A stretch of DNA of 58,901 nt, the filler included. It is 9 parts of 9 records of this genome, joined end to end, with 100 filler letters (N's around TTAATTAATTAA, not from the genome) between each part and the next. Parts side by side here need not be neighbours in the genome. Positions count along the whole stretch, not along the records: positions 26,719 to 31,977 come from SRR31147125_137154; positions 32,078 to 37,355 come from SRR31147125_137170; positions 37,456 to 44,735 come from SRR31147125_137176; 6 more parts are not named here. The stretch is one strand, 5' to 3'. Under the pieces are notes generated by a model. The model was not told the DNA's origin and did not search any database. It saw only the letters and a list, made by a program, of their open reading frames with translations. The position numbers were made by a program, and so were the translations under genes. The number at the start of each line of letters is the position of its first letter. Positions within the stretch are counted from its first letter, which is position 1. Positions 29,937 to 39,429 of the stretch are shown here, piece after piece.

Positions 29937-31355
29937 ATGGAGCAATCAAAAGTAGTTGAGTATTTCGAAAGCATGCTGGGAAAAGAGAAAGTCCTGACCG
30001 ATACGCCGGTACTGCAGGAATATGCCACAGACATTACAGGCCTTCGGATGGTACAGAAGCATTTCGGATGGGAATCCGATTCTCTGGCCGCATGCGTCCT
30101 GAAAATCCATTCCGAAGAAGAAGCGTCCGAGGTTATCCGGTTCCTGAATGAAGAGGGAATCGTCAGCATCCCCAGAACCGGCGGCTCCGGTGTCTGCCTG
30201 GGCCTGGAAACACCCGCCGGAAGCGTGGTCCTGGACCTGAGCGATATGAATGAAATCCTTGAGATCAACGAAGAGAACCTGACCGTTACGGTTCAGGCGG
30301 GGGTCCCCCTCCAGGTTCTCGAAGAGACGGTCAATAAAAAGGGGTACACCACGGGGCACTTCCCCCAGTCCTATCCCATGGCCCAGATGGGCGGTCTGGT
30401 GGCCACCGGGAGCATCGGACAGTTCTCCACCATGTACGGCGGAATCGAAGAGCTGCTGGTGGGAATCGAAGGGGTACTGGCCGACGGAACAGTATCCAAA
30501 ATCAAAAACAACCCGCGGAAATCCACCGGTCCGGATCTGAGACACATCTGGCTGGGATCGGAAGGCGCCTTCGGGATCATCACCCAGGTCACGGTCAAAA
30601 TGTTCAAAAAAGCCCCGGAACGGGTCATGCAGGCCTTTGCCATCGATAAATTCGGAGACGGACTGGCGGTCATCAAAGAGATCATGCAGGCGGGATGGAA
30701 GCCGGCGGTAACCAGACTCCATGACGGCACCGAAGCGGCGGAAAGCTACGGCCCCTTCGTCAAAGACGGCGAAAGCATCATGCTTTTCATATCCGAGGGA
30801 CCCGAAGGATTTGCGGAGCTGGAAGGAAAGGCGGTTGAAAAAGCGGCCCTGAAATACGGCGCCAGACCCCTGGGAAGCAAGCCCCTGGAACTGTGGCTGG
30901 TCCATCGGAACGATATCTGCGATCACCTGGATATGTACGCCAAACAGGGAGCCGTCGCCGATACGTGTGAAATATCCGCCATGTGGTCCGACATCGGCAA
31001 GATCTACGATGAAGTGATCCAGCGGGCCAAAAAAGAAGTGTCTCACCTGGTTGCCGTGACCGGTCACTCCTCCCACAGCTATGTGCAGGGAACCAACATC
31101 TACTTCATGTTCGGAGCCATGTGCGCCCCCTCGGTGGAAGCGGCGCAGCAGACATACGATCAGCTGTTCGGTATTATAATGGAAACCACTCTGAAATATA
31201 ACGGCTCCATCTGCCATCACCACGGCGTGGGCCGGTACAGGGCGAAGTGGATGAAACAGGAGCTGGGCACAGCCTATTCCATGCTCGAAAGAATGAAAGA
31301 AGCCTTTGATCCCAAGGGTATTATGAACAGGGGCGCGCTCCTGCAGCAGGAGTAG
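29937..31355 (+). CDS. FAD-binding oxidoreductase, YgcU/alkyl-DHAP synthase-like (VAO/PCMH family)
   Basis: GYTTGHFPQS, AQMGGLVAT.SIGQFST.YG, GHSSHSY..GTN.YF, HHHGVG; closely follows E. coli YgcU as I recall it. Confidence 0.85.
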   Translation: MEQSKVVEYFESMLGKEKVLTDTPVLQEYATDITGLRMVQKHFGWESDSLAACVLKIHSEEEASEVIRFLNEEGIVSIPRTGGSGVCLGLETPAGSVVLDLSDMNEILEINEENLTVTVQAGVPLQVLEETVNKKGYTTGHFPQSYPMAQMGGLVATGSIGQFSTMYGGIEELLVGIEGVLADGTVSKIKNNPRKSTGPDLRHIWLGSEGAFGIITQVTVKMFKKAPERVMQAFAIDKFGDGLAVIKEIMQAGWKPAVTRLHDGTEAAESYGPFVKDGESIMLFISEGPEGFAELEGKAVEKAALKYGARPLGSKPLELWLVHRNDICDHLDMYAKQGAVADTCEISAMWSDIGKIYDEVIQRAKKEVSHLVAVTGHSSHSYVQGTNIYFMFGAMCAPSVEAAQQTYDQLFGIIMETTLKYNGSICHHHGVGRYRAKWMKQELGTAYSMLERMKEAFDPKGIMNRGALLQQE

Positions 31356-31368
31356 GATTGGAGAAAAT

Positions 31369-31977
31369 ATGACCATTATCAGCTGTATAAAGCAGGTACA
31401 CGACCTGGACATCGTATTGAAAGACGACTGGGTGGTTGGAAACGACGGACTGACAATCGACATCGATTATGCCAACAGAATCATGAATACCTTTGATGAA
31501 ACGTCACTGGAGCTGATGCTGCGGCTGAAAGACGAGATAGAGGACGTCAGAACAAAAGTCGTGACCCTGGGGGGAATCCAAAGTGAGAGCATCCTGCGGA
31601 AAGCCCTGGCTGTGGGGGCCGATGAAGCCCTCCGTATCGAACCGCCCTTCGATCTGGATTTCCATCCCGAAAAGACAGCGCTCCTGCTGAAGGAGGCGGT
31701 CGCCGGGGATGAAGATGCGGAGCTGGTACTCTGCGGCAGACAGGCTGATAACGGCAGTAACGGTCAGACGGGTCAGATCCTGGCGGAAATGCTGGGATGG
31801 CCCTGCCTGACCATGGTAACGGATATTAAAAAAGTCGGAAACGAATACAGGATCAGCCGCCTGACGGAAGAGGGAACCGAACACCTCCACATCGCCCCCC
31901 TTGTGGCGACCGTCACCCAGTCGGAAAACAAGCTGCTCAGGATGGCGACTCTGAAAGACATGCTGACGGCGAAAAAA
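31369..31977 (+). CDS. etfB: Electron transfer flavoprotein beta subunit (FixA/EtfB family), 3' truncated
   Basis: CIKQV.D, MNTFDE, ALAVGAD, LCGRQAD...GQTG..LAE.LGWP. Confidence 0.9.
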
Positions 31978-32077
31978 NNNNNNNNNNNNNNNNNNNNNNN
32001 NNNNNNNNNNNNNNNNNNNNNTTAATTAATTAANNNNNNNNNNNNNNNNNNNNNNNNNNNNNNNNNNNNNNNNNNNN
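31978..32077. other. Artificial contig linker
   Basis: Same 100-nt linker. Confidence 0.99.
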
Positions 32078-32343
32078 GCAACCATGACCATGAACGAAAC
32101 AAGTGGTTCGGCACCTTCTATTTCGACAGTCAGGGCAATGCCATTCGTTTCGAAACCATGCGATACAAAGGTGATGAACCCGATTCGGAACTGATTCCTT
32201 GGATCGTTGATGTTTTGGAAACGAAAGAGATGGACGGCATCCGAATCCCTACAAAATGTAATGTTACCTGGCAATTACCAGAAGGCGAATGGACTTGGTT
32301 GCAACTTGAAATTACGGATGTCGATTATAATCCTGAGAAATAA
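32078..32343 (+). CDS. 3' end of a conserved hypothetical protein (DUF6544-like)
   Basis: RY...PW...GIRIPT...W.LPEG...WLQLEI..VDYN pattern. Confidence 0.5.
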
Positions 32344-32656
32344 TATTATCATGTATCCTCTGTAACATGTATATTCCTTTTGGGAAATCATACAGGTTGA
32401 CAAATTGAGTTCTATTGAAAGAATTACCCAATCGTCCATAGGTACGAAGCTCTATTTTATCCAACTCGGTAATGAGGATCTTCTTCATCCAATTCGGCCA
32501 TGATAATTTTTATCATTCTTTCTATTTCCTAAAATCTTTGTGCCTTTCTGGCTTCGTGGTTCAAAAGTTCTTTCCTGTGTTAAGCTATGTTAAGGTTTTG
32601 GAAGCGTGTTGATCTCTTTCGTACTTTTATCAACGATTATTCTAAAACTCTTTTGA

Positions 32657-34252
32657 TTGATGACCCAAAAATTGCGAATAGTAATAATAATGATCGCCCT
32701 AGCTTTAGCAGGAATCGTGTATTTTCAAGTGCAATGGGTCAAATCTTCGTATCGTATTTGGCAAGAGCAATTCGATACAAAAGTACGCAAAGCCCTTACA
32801 AACGCTGTTGAGAGTAGACTCCAAGATAAGATTTATACACTATCGAAAAGTTATGCCTTGGGCAGTACACCTAATCAAACGGTAATTAAGATTCTTGCCA
32901 CCGATACTTTTCATTCTATAGAAAACATAATGGTGAGCCTCGACGAATCGGAATTAGTTTTTACCGAGGAATTCGAGGAATACAAGTCTTTCATTAATAT
33001 GCAAGATAGCTTGGCTGTTTTGGTGGATGAAAGAATTGCTGACTTTGGCGAAAATCTAGATATAAAAATAAGTGCTAAAGGACTTGTGCAAATGAGTAAT
33101 TCCGATTCCGTTGGCAAACATATTATTGAGCATAGTTTTAGTAACCAACGAGCAAATGTGATTACGGAAGAATGGCTCGACACGCTAGTTGAACAAGTAG
33201 TTACAACAACAATAGACTTTGATGCAAGCAACTACACCCATTTTAAAAACACGCTAGAGGATGAATTGATACGATCGGACATCGATCTTCCTTTTCAATT
33301 GGGGATTTTCAATTCCGATAAAACATCATACGATTATTTATTTCCCAAGGCCAGTGATGCAAGTCAACTAAAATTGGGCTATAAAACCCCTTTGTTGGGT
33401 AATTTGGGTTCGTCTAGCTATGCAAGTTTATATTTCCCCGATCAACAGCTGTACATTCAGAAAAAGCTTTTGCCCGTACTCATAGGATCCATCCTTTTGT
33501 TTTTGATTACTGCAGGTAGCTTTGTGCTGATGTTCCAAACCATTCTTCGTCAGAAACGGCTTTCAGAGATTAAAAACGATTTTGTGAACAACATGACCCA
33601 CGAGCTGAAAACACCGATATCCACTGTGTCGTTGGCCTTGGAGGCTTTGCAAGATTTTGATGGATTGAAGGATCAGCAGCGCACCGAGCGGTACATGAAC
33701 ATAGCCCGCAACGAGAACAGTCGCTTGGGTTTGTTGGTTAACAAGATTTTGAAAATGTCAACCTACGAGCGCGACGACCTCCGTTTACACAAAGAGGAAT
33801 GCGATAGCTCGGAATGCATCGAGAATGTGTGCAAGAATTTCGCCGTTCAACTTCAGCAGAGTGGAGGAGTGTTAAACAAAAAACTAGAAGCAGAGGAAGG
33901 GCTTATCGAAGTTGATCGGGTACACTTCAACAATGTAGTATACAATTTACTAGACAATGCGGTAAAATATTCCGAATCAACACCCGAAGTAACAATTTCA
34001 TCTTACAACGAAAACAATTATTTGGTGGTAGAAGTAGCCGATAAGGGTAAGGGGATTGCAAAGCAGCATCAGCAAAAGATTTTCGACAAATTCTATCGCG
34101 TACCAAGTGGCGATCTTCACAATGTAAAAGGACATGGTCTTGGCTTGAGCTATGTGCACAAAATTATGGAGGCACACGGAGGATTCGTTCAACTCGAAAG
34201 TAAAGCCGGAGAGGGCAGCCGATTTAAACTTTGTTTCCCGCAAAAAGCGTAA
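32657..34252 (+). CDS. Membrane sensor histidine kinase (Bacteroidota type)
   Basis: Two TM helices, H-box NNMTHELKTPI, NLLDNAVKY, DKGKGI, FYRV..G..HNVKG.GLGLSYV. Confidence 0.95.
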   Translation: MMTQKLRIVIIMIALALAGIVYFQVQWVKSSYRIWQEQFDTKVRKALTNAVESRLQDKIYTLSKSYALGSTPNQTVIKILATDTFHSIENIMVSLDESELVFTEEFEEYKSFINMQDSLAVLVDERIADFGENLDIKISAKGLVQMSNSDSVGKHIIEHSFSNQRANVITEEWLDTLVEQVVTTTIDFDASNYTHFKNTLEDELIRSDIDLPFQLGIFNSDKTSYDYLFPKASDASQLKLGYKTPLLGNLGSSSYASLYFPDQQLYIQKKLLPVLIGSILLFLITAGSFVLMFQTILRQKRLSEIKNDFVNNMTHELKTPISTVSLALEALQDFDGLKDQQRTERYMNIARNENSRLGLLVNKILKMSTYERDDLRLHKEECDSSECIENVCKNFAVQLQQSGGVLNKKLEAEEGLIEVDRVHFNNVVYNLLDNAVKYSESTPEVTISSYNENNYLVVEVADKGKGIAKQHQQKIFDKFYRVPSGDLHNVKGHGLGLSYVHKIMEAHGGFVQLESKAGEGSRFKLCFPQKA

Positions 34253-34302
34253 GACTTTTTATCTTGATACTAATGTCTAAGTACTAACATCTTTTTTTTA
34301 GA

Positions 34303-34996
34303 ATGAAACATAAGATACTAATCGTAGAAGACGACCCCAACCTAGGGATCATAGTAAAAGAGAGTTTCGAGATTCGTGGCTTCGAGGCACGTTTGAGCGA
34401 AGATGGAAAAGCTGGCTATACGGAATATATAAAATGGAAGCCCGATGTTTGCATTCTTGATATTATGATGCCCAAAAAGGACGGTTTTACCTTGGCCGAG
34501 GAAATCCGTGCTACAGACCAGCATACTCCTATCATCTTTCTAACGGCTCGCTCCTTTAACGAAGATGTACTTAAGGCTTTTTCAATTGGAAGCCGACGAC
34601 TACATTAAAAAGCCCTTTTCGATGGAAGAGTTGATATATCGCACCAAAGCTATCCTGAAACGGCTATCAACAACAGGGTTAGAATTCAGCAAAACCTCCG
34701 ATTACCAATTAGGGAAATATCGCTTCGATTACCGACGACTTACCCTTACCCAAAACGACAAGCAGCAAAAGCTCACCTCTCGCGAGGCCGACCTGCTGAA
34801 GCTTCTCTGCGACCACAAAAACCAGGTGCTCGATCGGGGCGAGACCCTCAAAAAACTTTGGGGCGACGACAACTATTTCAATGGCCGAAGCCTCGATGTG
34901 TTCGTTACCAAAATCCGCAAATACCTAAAAGAGGATGATGAGATTGAAATAATCAATGTTCGTGGGAAGGGGTATAAATTGATAGCGGAGGACTAG
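34303..34996 (+). CDS. OmpR-family response regulator, frameshifted by one extra A at 34590-34591
   Basis: VEDD, LDIMMP, FLTA; removing one A gives GADDYIKKPF. Winged helix WGDDNYFNGRSLDVF, NVRGKGY. Confidence 0.9.
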
Positions 34997-35069
34997 TTTC
35001 TACGCTTCCTATTATTCAAGTTTGCAATCTTCTTGTATTTTTACAACTCATTTTTGAAGACTAAGAATA

Positions 35070-35723
35070 ATGGCACTGCATCAACTGGTAAAAGAAACTT
35101 GGATCGATCTACTTAACTATCTAAAAAATCCTGTAGATAAAGAGGACTCTAATCAAGAAATGAATTTAAGAACGAAGCGATTATTCACCGTATTCGCTAT
35201 TGAAATTCCAATTATGGTAGTACTCATAATGGTGATCTCTGTGCTTGAGTATTTTAACCTTTTCAAGTCCGATGACCATTTTATAATGGAAATCTTAGAA
35301 AATTGGTCGTATGCTGAGATTATCTTTTTAATCGGCATGCTTATCCCTTTTATTGAGGAACTGATATTTCGATTTTATTTACGACTTAAATCAAATCATC
35401 CTTTACAGTTTATTGCTTGGATAAGTAGCTTTTGGTTTGGAGATAAGGTGAGGCATTTTATAGAAGAAAAATGGCATAAATATTACAGTATAATTTTCTA
35501 TGTTGTTACCTCCATCTTTGCCTTGGTTCATATTTTTAACTACGAAATATCCCTTAGTCTTTTGCTACTAGCTCCTCTACTGGTTTCACCCCAATTTGTT
35601 GGAGGTCTTTTTATTGGATACATGCGCGTAAGATTTGGATTTATATGGGGCTTCTTTCTTCATTCGATTCATAATATTTTGTACGTTGTAATTGCTTTGG
35701 CTATGATTGAAATGTATGCCTAG
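35070..35723 (+). CDS. CPBP/Abi family intramembrane glutamic endopeptidase
   Basis: EELIFR, FALVH and HSIHN motifs; hydrophobic. Confidence 0.9.
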   Translation: MALHQLVKETWIDLLNYLKNPVDKEDSNQEMNLRTKRLFTVFAIEIPIMVVLIMVISVLEYFNLFKSDDHFIMEILENWSYAEIIFLIGMLIPFIEELIFRFYLRLKSNHPLQFIAWISSFWFGDKVRHFIEEKWHKYYSIIFYVVTSIFALVHIFNYEISLSLLLLAPLLVSPQFVGGLFIGYMRVRFGFIWGFFLHSIHNILYVVIALAMIEMYA

Positions 35724-35920
35724 ATGTATCAACATAGGTTATTCTATTTTGAGGATACGGTTTTATAGTGCTTTCAGATTATTTGGACTGAAACTATATT
35801 AGCTATTACGCGATGGTTTATGAAAAAAACATTTGGTTTCCAGATTTTGTGTTAATAGAAAATCTATTTTTGAACAGATCAAAATTAAACGCAAACAAAT
35901 TAGAACCTTATTAACCAAAA

Positions 35921-36868
35921 ATGAAACGAATCGCATTTTACCTTATCATTGCCATTGCATTTTCAAGTTGTGCAAGTAGATATAAATCCATCGAGCCCGA
36001 ATACTTACCATTTACAAGCCGATATGCTAATTCCTGTTTAAGCTATGCTTATGAATATGATGTATTGGCACTTAAAGGAAACCGTAAATTAGCACAAAAA
36101 GAATTTAAAAAAATGATCAAGATTGTTGGTGTTGAGATACAGAACAACACGGATGAGGTCATTCAGTTTAACGAAGATGTTAAGGTTATGATTGGGGGCA
36201 AAGAAGTTGTTTTACTCGATCCGGGTCTTGTGAAATCGAAAATAAAACAGAAAACTCCTTGGTATTTATTGTACGCGCCATTCGTCTTAGTTAGGTATGA
36301 AAGTTCTTATGGTTACGAACCTGACTTAGTTATTCCAATTGGACTTCCCATTTCAATTATAAATATGGTTGTTTCTTCAAATGCAAACACTAATTTGCAA
36401 AAAGAACTCTCGCGAAAGGATATTCGAAACTATGTACTCCAACCTGGAGAAAAGAAGCATGGCATTATGAGTTTTTATGGATTTCAGAATGAAGTAATTC
36501 GACTTTCATTAAAAAACAGTGAATGTGGAGAAGACAGGTCTTTTTACAAAAAGTATGAAAGCCCTCCATTGTTGAATCCAGATAGCATTCAATATCAACC
36601 TGAGGATAAGACGTATGAAAATTACGTAAAACGATTTGGTCGCTTGCTCGAAAAAGATAGGAAGGTATCTAAATATGAGTTTGTTGAGAATAAAGATGGA
36701 AAAGGAGTACTGCGCTATAGGGGCTACAAGATCAAACATAACTACCTGCAATTTGGTAAATTTACATCACGAGCGGCGACCTGGCAATTCTACGATCGAT
36801 TTGGCGTGTTGAAAGAAACGAGATATTACAATCTCGAAGAGTATGTAGTGAAATCAATCAAGCATTAA
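35921..36868 (+). CDS. Lipoprotein of unknown function
   Basis: Signal peptide with lipobox FSSC; paralogous to the next gene. Confidence 0.8.
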   Translation: MKRIAFYLIIAIAFSSCASRYKSIEPEYLPFTSRYANSCLSYAYEYDVLALKGNRKLAQKEFKKMIKIVGVEIQNNTDEVIQFNEDVKVMIGGKEVVLLDPGLVKSKIKQKTPWYLLYAPFVLVRYESSYGYEPDLVIPIGLPISIINMVVSSNANTNLQKELSRKDIRNYVLQPGEKKHGIMSFYGFQNEVIRLSLKNSECGEDRSFYKKYESPPLLNPDSIQYQPEDKTYENYVKRFGRLLEKDRKVSKYEFVENKDGKGVLRYRGYKIKHNYLQFGKFTSRAATWQFYDRFGVLKETRYYNLEEYVVKSIKH

Positions 36869-36992
36869 TTGCAGTAAAAGTCATAAAGTCAAAACATTAT
36901 GAAATCGTTAAATGAATTAGTTATTGCCCTTGTTTTAGCTTTTTCCTCATTTAGAAACTATAGTTTACTTTTTTGATTTTAAAATTGTTCCA

Positions 36993-37355
36993 ATGATAAA
37001 CCGAATTTTCACCTCTCTAGTTTTAATTTCAGTTTTACTGCTTACTGGTTGTGCATCTCAGTATACTCCGGTGCAACCCCAAGTTTTAATGTACGATCAG
37101 TACTTTACGGATGATTGTTTACAATATACCTATAAATACGAGGTGAATAGGCATATCGAGAATAAGAAATATGCACGTAAAGAAACTCGAAATAATCTAA
37201 GAATAGTAGCTGTTGAAATCACCAATTTGTCCAATTCTCCACTTAAATTTAGTGAAGACATTGCTGTAGAGATATATGGCCGTGAAGTTCAGCCATTAGA
37301 TCCAGCCCTAATTTACGAATTGTTGGAGCAGCCCGTTTGGGTATATTTGCTTTAT
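36993..37355 (+). CDS. Paralogous lipoprotein, 3' truncated
   Basis: Lipobox LTGC; aligns by eye with the N-terminal part of 35921-36868. Confidence 0.8.
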
Positions 37356-37455
37356 NNNNNNNNNNNNNNNNNNNNNNNNNNNNNNNNNNNNNNNNNNNNT
37401 TAATTAATTAANNNNNNNNNNNNNNNNNNNNNNNNNNNNNNNNNNNNNNNNNNNN
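37356..37455. other. Artificial contig linker
   Basis: Same 100-nt linker. Confidence 0.99.
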
Positions 37456-37582
37456 GGGAATTCGTCGGAAACCCCTCGCGGAGCGGGTCCAGATCCTTGC
37501 CCAGCAGGTGGGGATTGCGCTGCTCGGAACGTTGATGCTGTTCGTTTTCTATAACGATATTGTCAGGATCTTCAGCCAATGA
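37456..37582 (+). CDS. rseP: 3' end of RIP metalloprotease RseP
   Basis: RRKPL...QQVGIALLGTLMLFVFYNDIVR; overlaps the tsaB start (ATGA). Confidence 0.8.
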
Positions 37583-38322
37583 CAGGCGGCGAGCTGATAC
37601 TCTCATTCGATACGGCTACCACCAATTGCTCGATCGCCGTCACCTCCGGTAATTCCGTCAGCAGGAGAGTGCTCGGATCCGTATCCTTTGAATCGGGAGT
37701 CACTCACTCCAGGCGCCTCCTCAGCTCTATCGACTGGCTGCTGACGTCGGTGGACGTGACCATCGGTGATCTGTCGGCCCTCGCCGTGGGCCTCGGTCCG
37801 GGCAGTTTCACCGGCCTGCGGATCGGCCTGGCTGCGGCAAAAGGCTTGTGCCACGGTTCAGGAATCGGGCTGATCGGCGTCTCCTCGCTCGATGCGATCG
37901 GCACCCGGGTCGTCTCCGACAAGCTCATCTGTGCGGTACTCGATGCCCGCAAGAAGGAGGTCTACAGCTGTTTCTACCGCAGTTGGCCGGGAGCGTCCGG
38001 AGACGGTGCGATCCGCTGCGGTGAACCATCCGTGCTGCCACCCCGGGAACTGGCCGGGCTGATTAACGAGCCGGTGACGATGGCGGGGGACGGCGTCCAT
38101 GTTTATAGTGATGTTTTTGTTGCGGCCCTGGGCGATAAGCTCGAACTCAGGCCCCGGCCGCGCTGGCCCGATGCGGTGCAGATCGGCTACCTTGCCGCGG
38201 ATGCTTACCGGGAACGCCGATTCCTCGATCTTGACGACGCCAGCCCGGAATACATCCGCACGTCGGATGCGCAGCTCAGCCTGGTGAGTCCGCTGAACAG
38301 AGAGCAGCAGCGAAACAAGTGA
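37579..38322 (+). CDS. tsaB: tRNA t6A biosynthesis protein TsaB
   Basis: FDTAT, HSRRL, GPGSFTGLRIG, DARKKEVY, PEYIR. Confidence 0.95.
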   Translation: MTGGELILSFDTATTNCSIAVTSGNSVSRRVLGSVSFESGVTHSRRLLSSIDWLLTSVDVTIGDLSALAVGLGPGSFTGLRIGLAAAKGLCHGSGIGLIGVSSLDAIGTRVVSDKLICAVLDARKKEVYSCFYRSWPGASGDGAIRCGEPSVLPPRELAGLINEPVTMAGDGVHVYSDVFVAALGDKLELRPRPRWPDAVQIGYLAADAYRERRFLDLDDASPEYIRTSDAQLSLVSPLNREQQRNK

Positions 38323-39410
38323 TGATCGCGAGAAGGCCGACAAGACAGATAACGGTAGGCGGTGTCGCCATCGGCGGTGATGCGCCGATCAGCGTGCAGT
38401 CGATGACCAATACGGAAACCTCGGACGTCGCCGCAACCGTCGAGCAGATACACCGTCTGGAGAAGGCAGGCTGTGAGATTATCCGCGTGGCGGTTCCTGA
38501 CATGGATTCCGCCGTTGCCGTCAGGGTGATCCGGGATGACATTTCGATCCCGCTGATCGCCGATATCCATTTCGACTGGCGGCTCGCGGTCGCGGCCATG
38601 GAACACGGTGCCCAGGGAATCAGAATCAACCCGGGCAATCTAGGAGGCGCGGACAAGCTCAGGAAGACGGTCGATGCGGCCACCCTGCACAAGGTTCCGA
38701 TCAGGGTCGGCGTCAACAGCGGTTCGGTGGAAAAAGACCTGCTCGAGCAATTCGGCTATCCGACACCGGAAAAGCCGGATTCGTTGATCGAGAGTGCCCT
38801 TCGGAACGTGCGGCTTCTGGAGGATTATGGGTTTCACGACGTAAAGATATCGGTAAAATCGGCCGACGTGTTGACCACGATTAGCGCCTATCGCACTCTT
38901 TCAGAACGGGTCGACTACCCGCTGCACCTTGGCGTCACCGAGGCGGGAGGGTTGATCGGCGGAACCGTCAAGTCGAGTGTGGCGCTTGGCATCCTGCTGC
39001 ATGAAGGGATTGGCGACACGTTCAGGATTTCTCTGACGAGGGACCCGGTCGAGGAAGTCCGGGTCGCATTTGAGCTGCTGCGCTCATTGAAAATCAGGGA
39101 ACGCGGCCCCGAACTGATCTCCTGCCCGACCTGCGGAAGAACGAAAATCGACCTGTTCGACCTTGCCGAAAAGGTTGAAGCCTATATCCAGACCATGAAA
39201 TCGCCGCTCAAGGTTGCGGTAATGGGATGCGCCGTCAACGGCCCCGGAGAGGCCCGTGAGGCCGATATCGGCGTAGCCGGCGGGCACGGTGTCGGCATCA
39301 TTTTCAAAAAGGGTGAGATCGTCAGGCGGGTTGCGGACGACGAACTGCTCGAAGTATTCATGGACGAGTTGAAGAAAATGGAAGCGGAGCGGCTGGAAGA
39401 CCAATCCTGA
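38319..39410 (+). CDS. ispG: (E)-4-hydroxy-3-methylbut-2-enyl-diphosphate synthase
   Basis: VQSMTNT, ADIHF, RINPGN, HLGVTEAG, SCPTCGR, MGCAVNGPGEA. Confidence 0.97.
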   Translation: MMIARRPTRQITVGGVAIGGDAPISVQSMTNTETSDVAATVEQIHRLEKAGCEIIRVAVPDMDSAVAVRVIRDDISIPLIADIHFDWRLAVAAMEHGAQGIRINPGNLGGADKLRKTVDAATLHKVPIRVGVNSGSVEKDLLEQFGYPTPEKPDSLIESALRNVRLLEDYGFHDVKISVKSADVLTTISAYRTLSERVDYPLHLGVTEAGGLIGGTVKSSVALGILLHEGIGDTFRISLTRDPVEEVRVAFELLRSLKIRERGPELISCPTCGRTKIDLFDLAEKVEAYIQTMKSPLKVAVMGCAVNGPGEAREADIGVAGGHGVGIIFKKGEIVRRVADDELLEVFMDELKKMEAERLEDQS

Positions 39411-39429
39411 AAATTAACAAGAGATATTT

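Noticed and set aside
29946-31463. 505-aa antisense ORF, and similar ones such as 5343-6443, 28686-29513, 39439-40221 and 57079-58125
   Set aside because: They shadow well-supported genes in GC-rich or repetitive coding DNA and show no recognisable motifs, unlike 10100-10486.
21062-34996. rpoN, the GlpA-like gene and the response regulator as pseudogenes
   Set aside because: Each has only single-base homopolymer slips with otherwise intact motifs, consistent with sequencing error.
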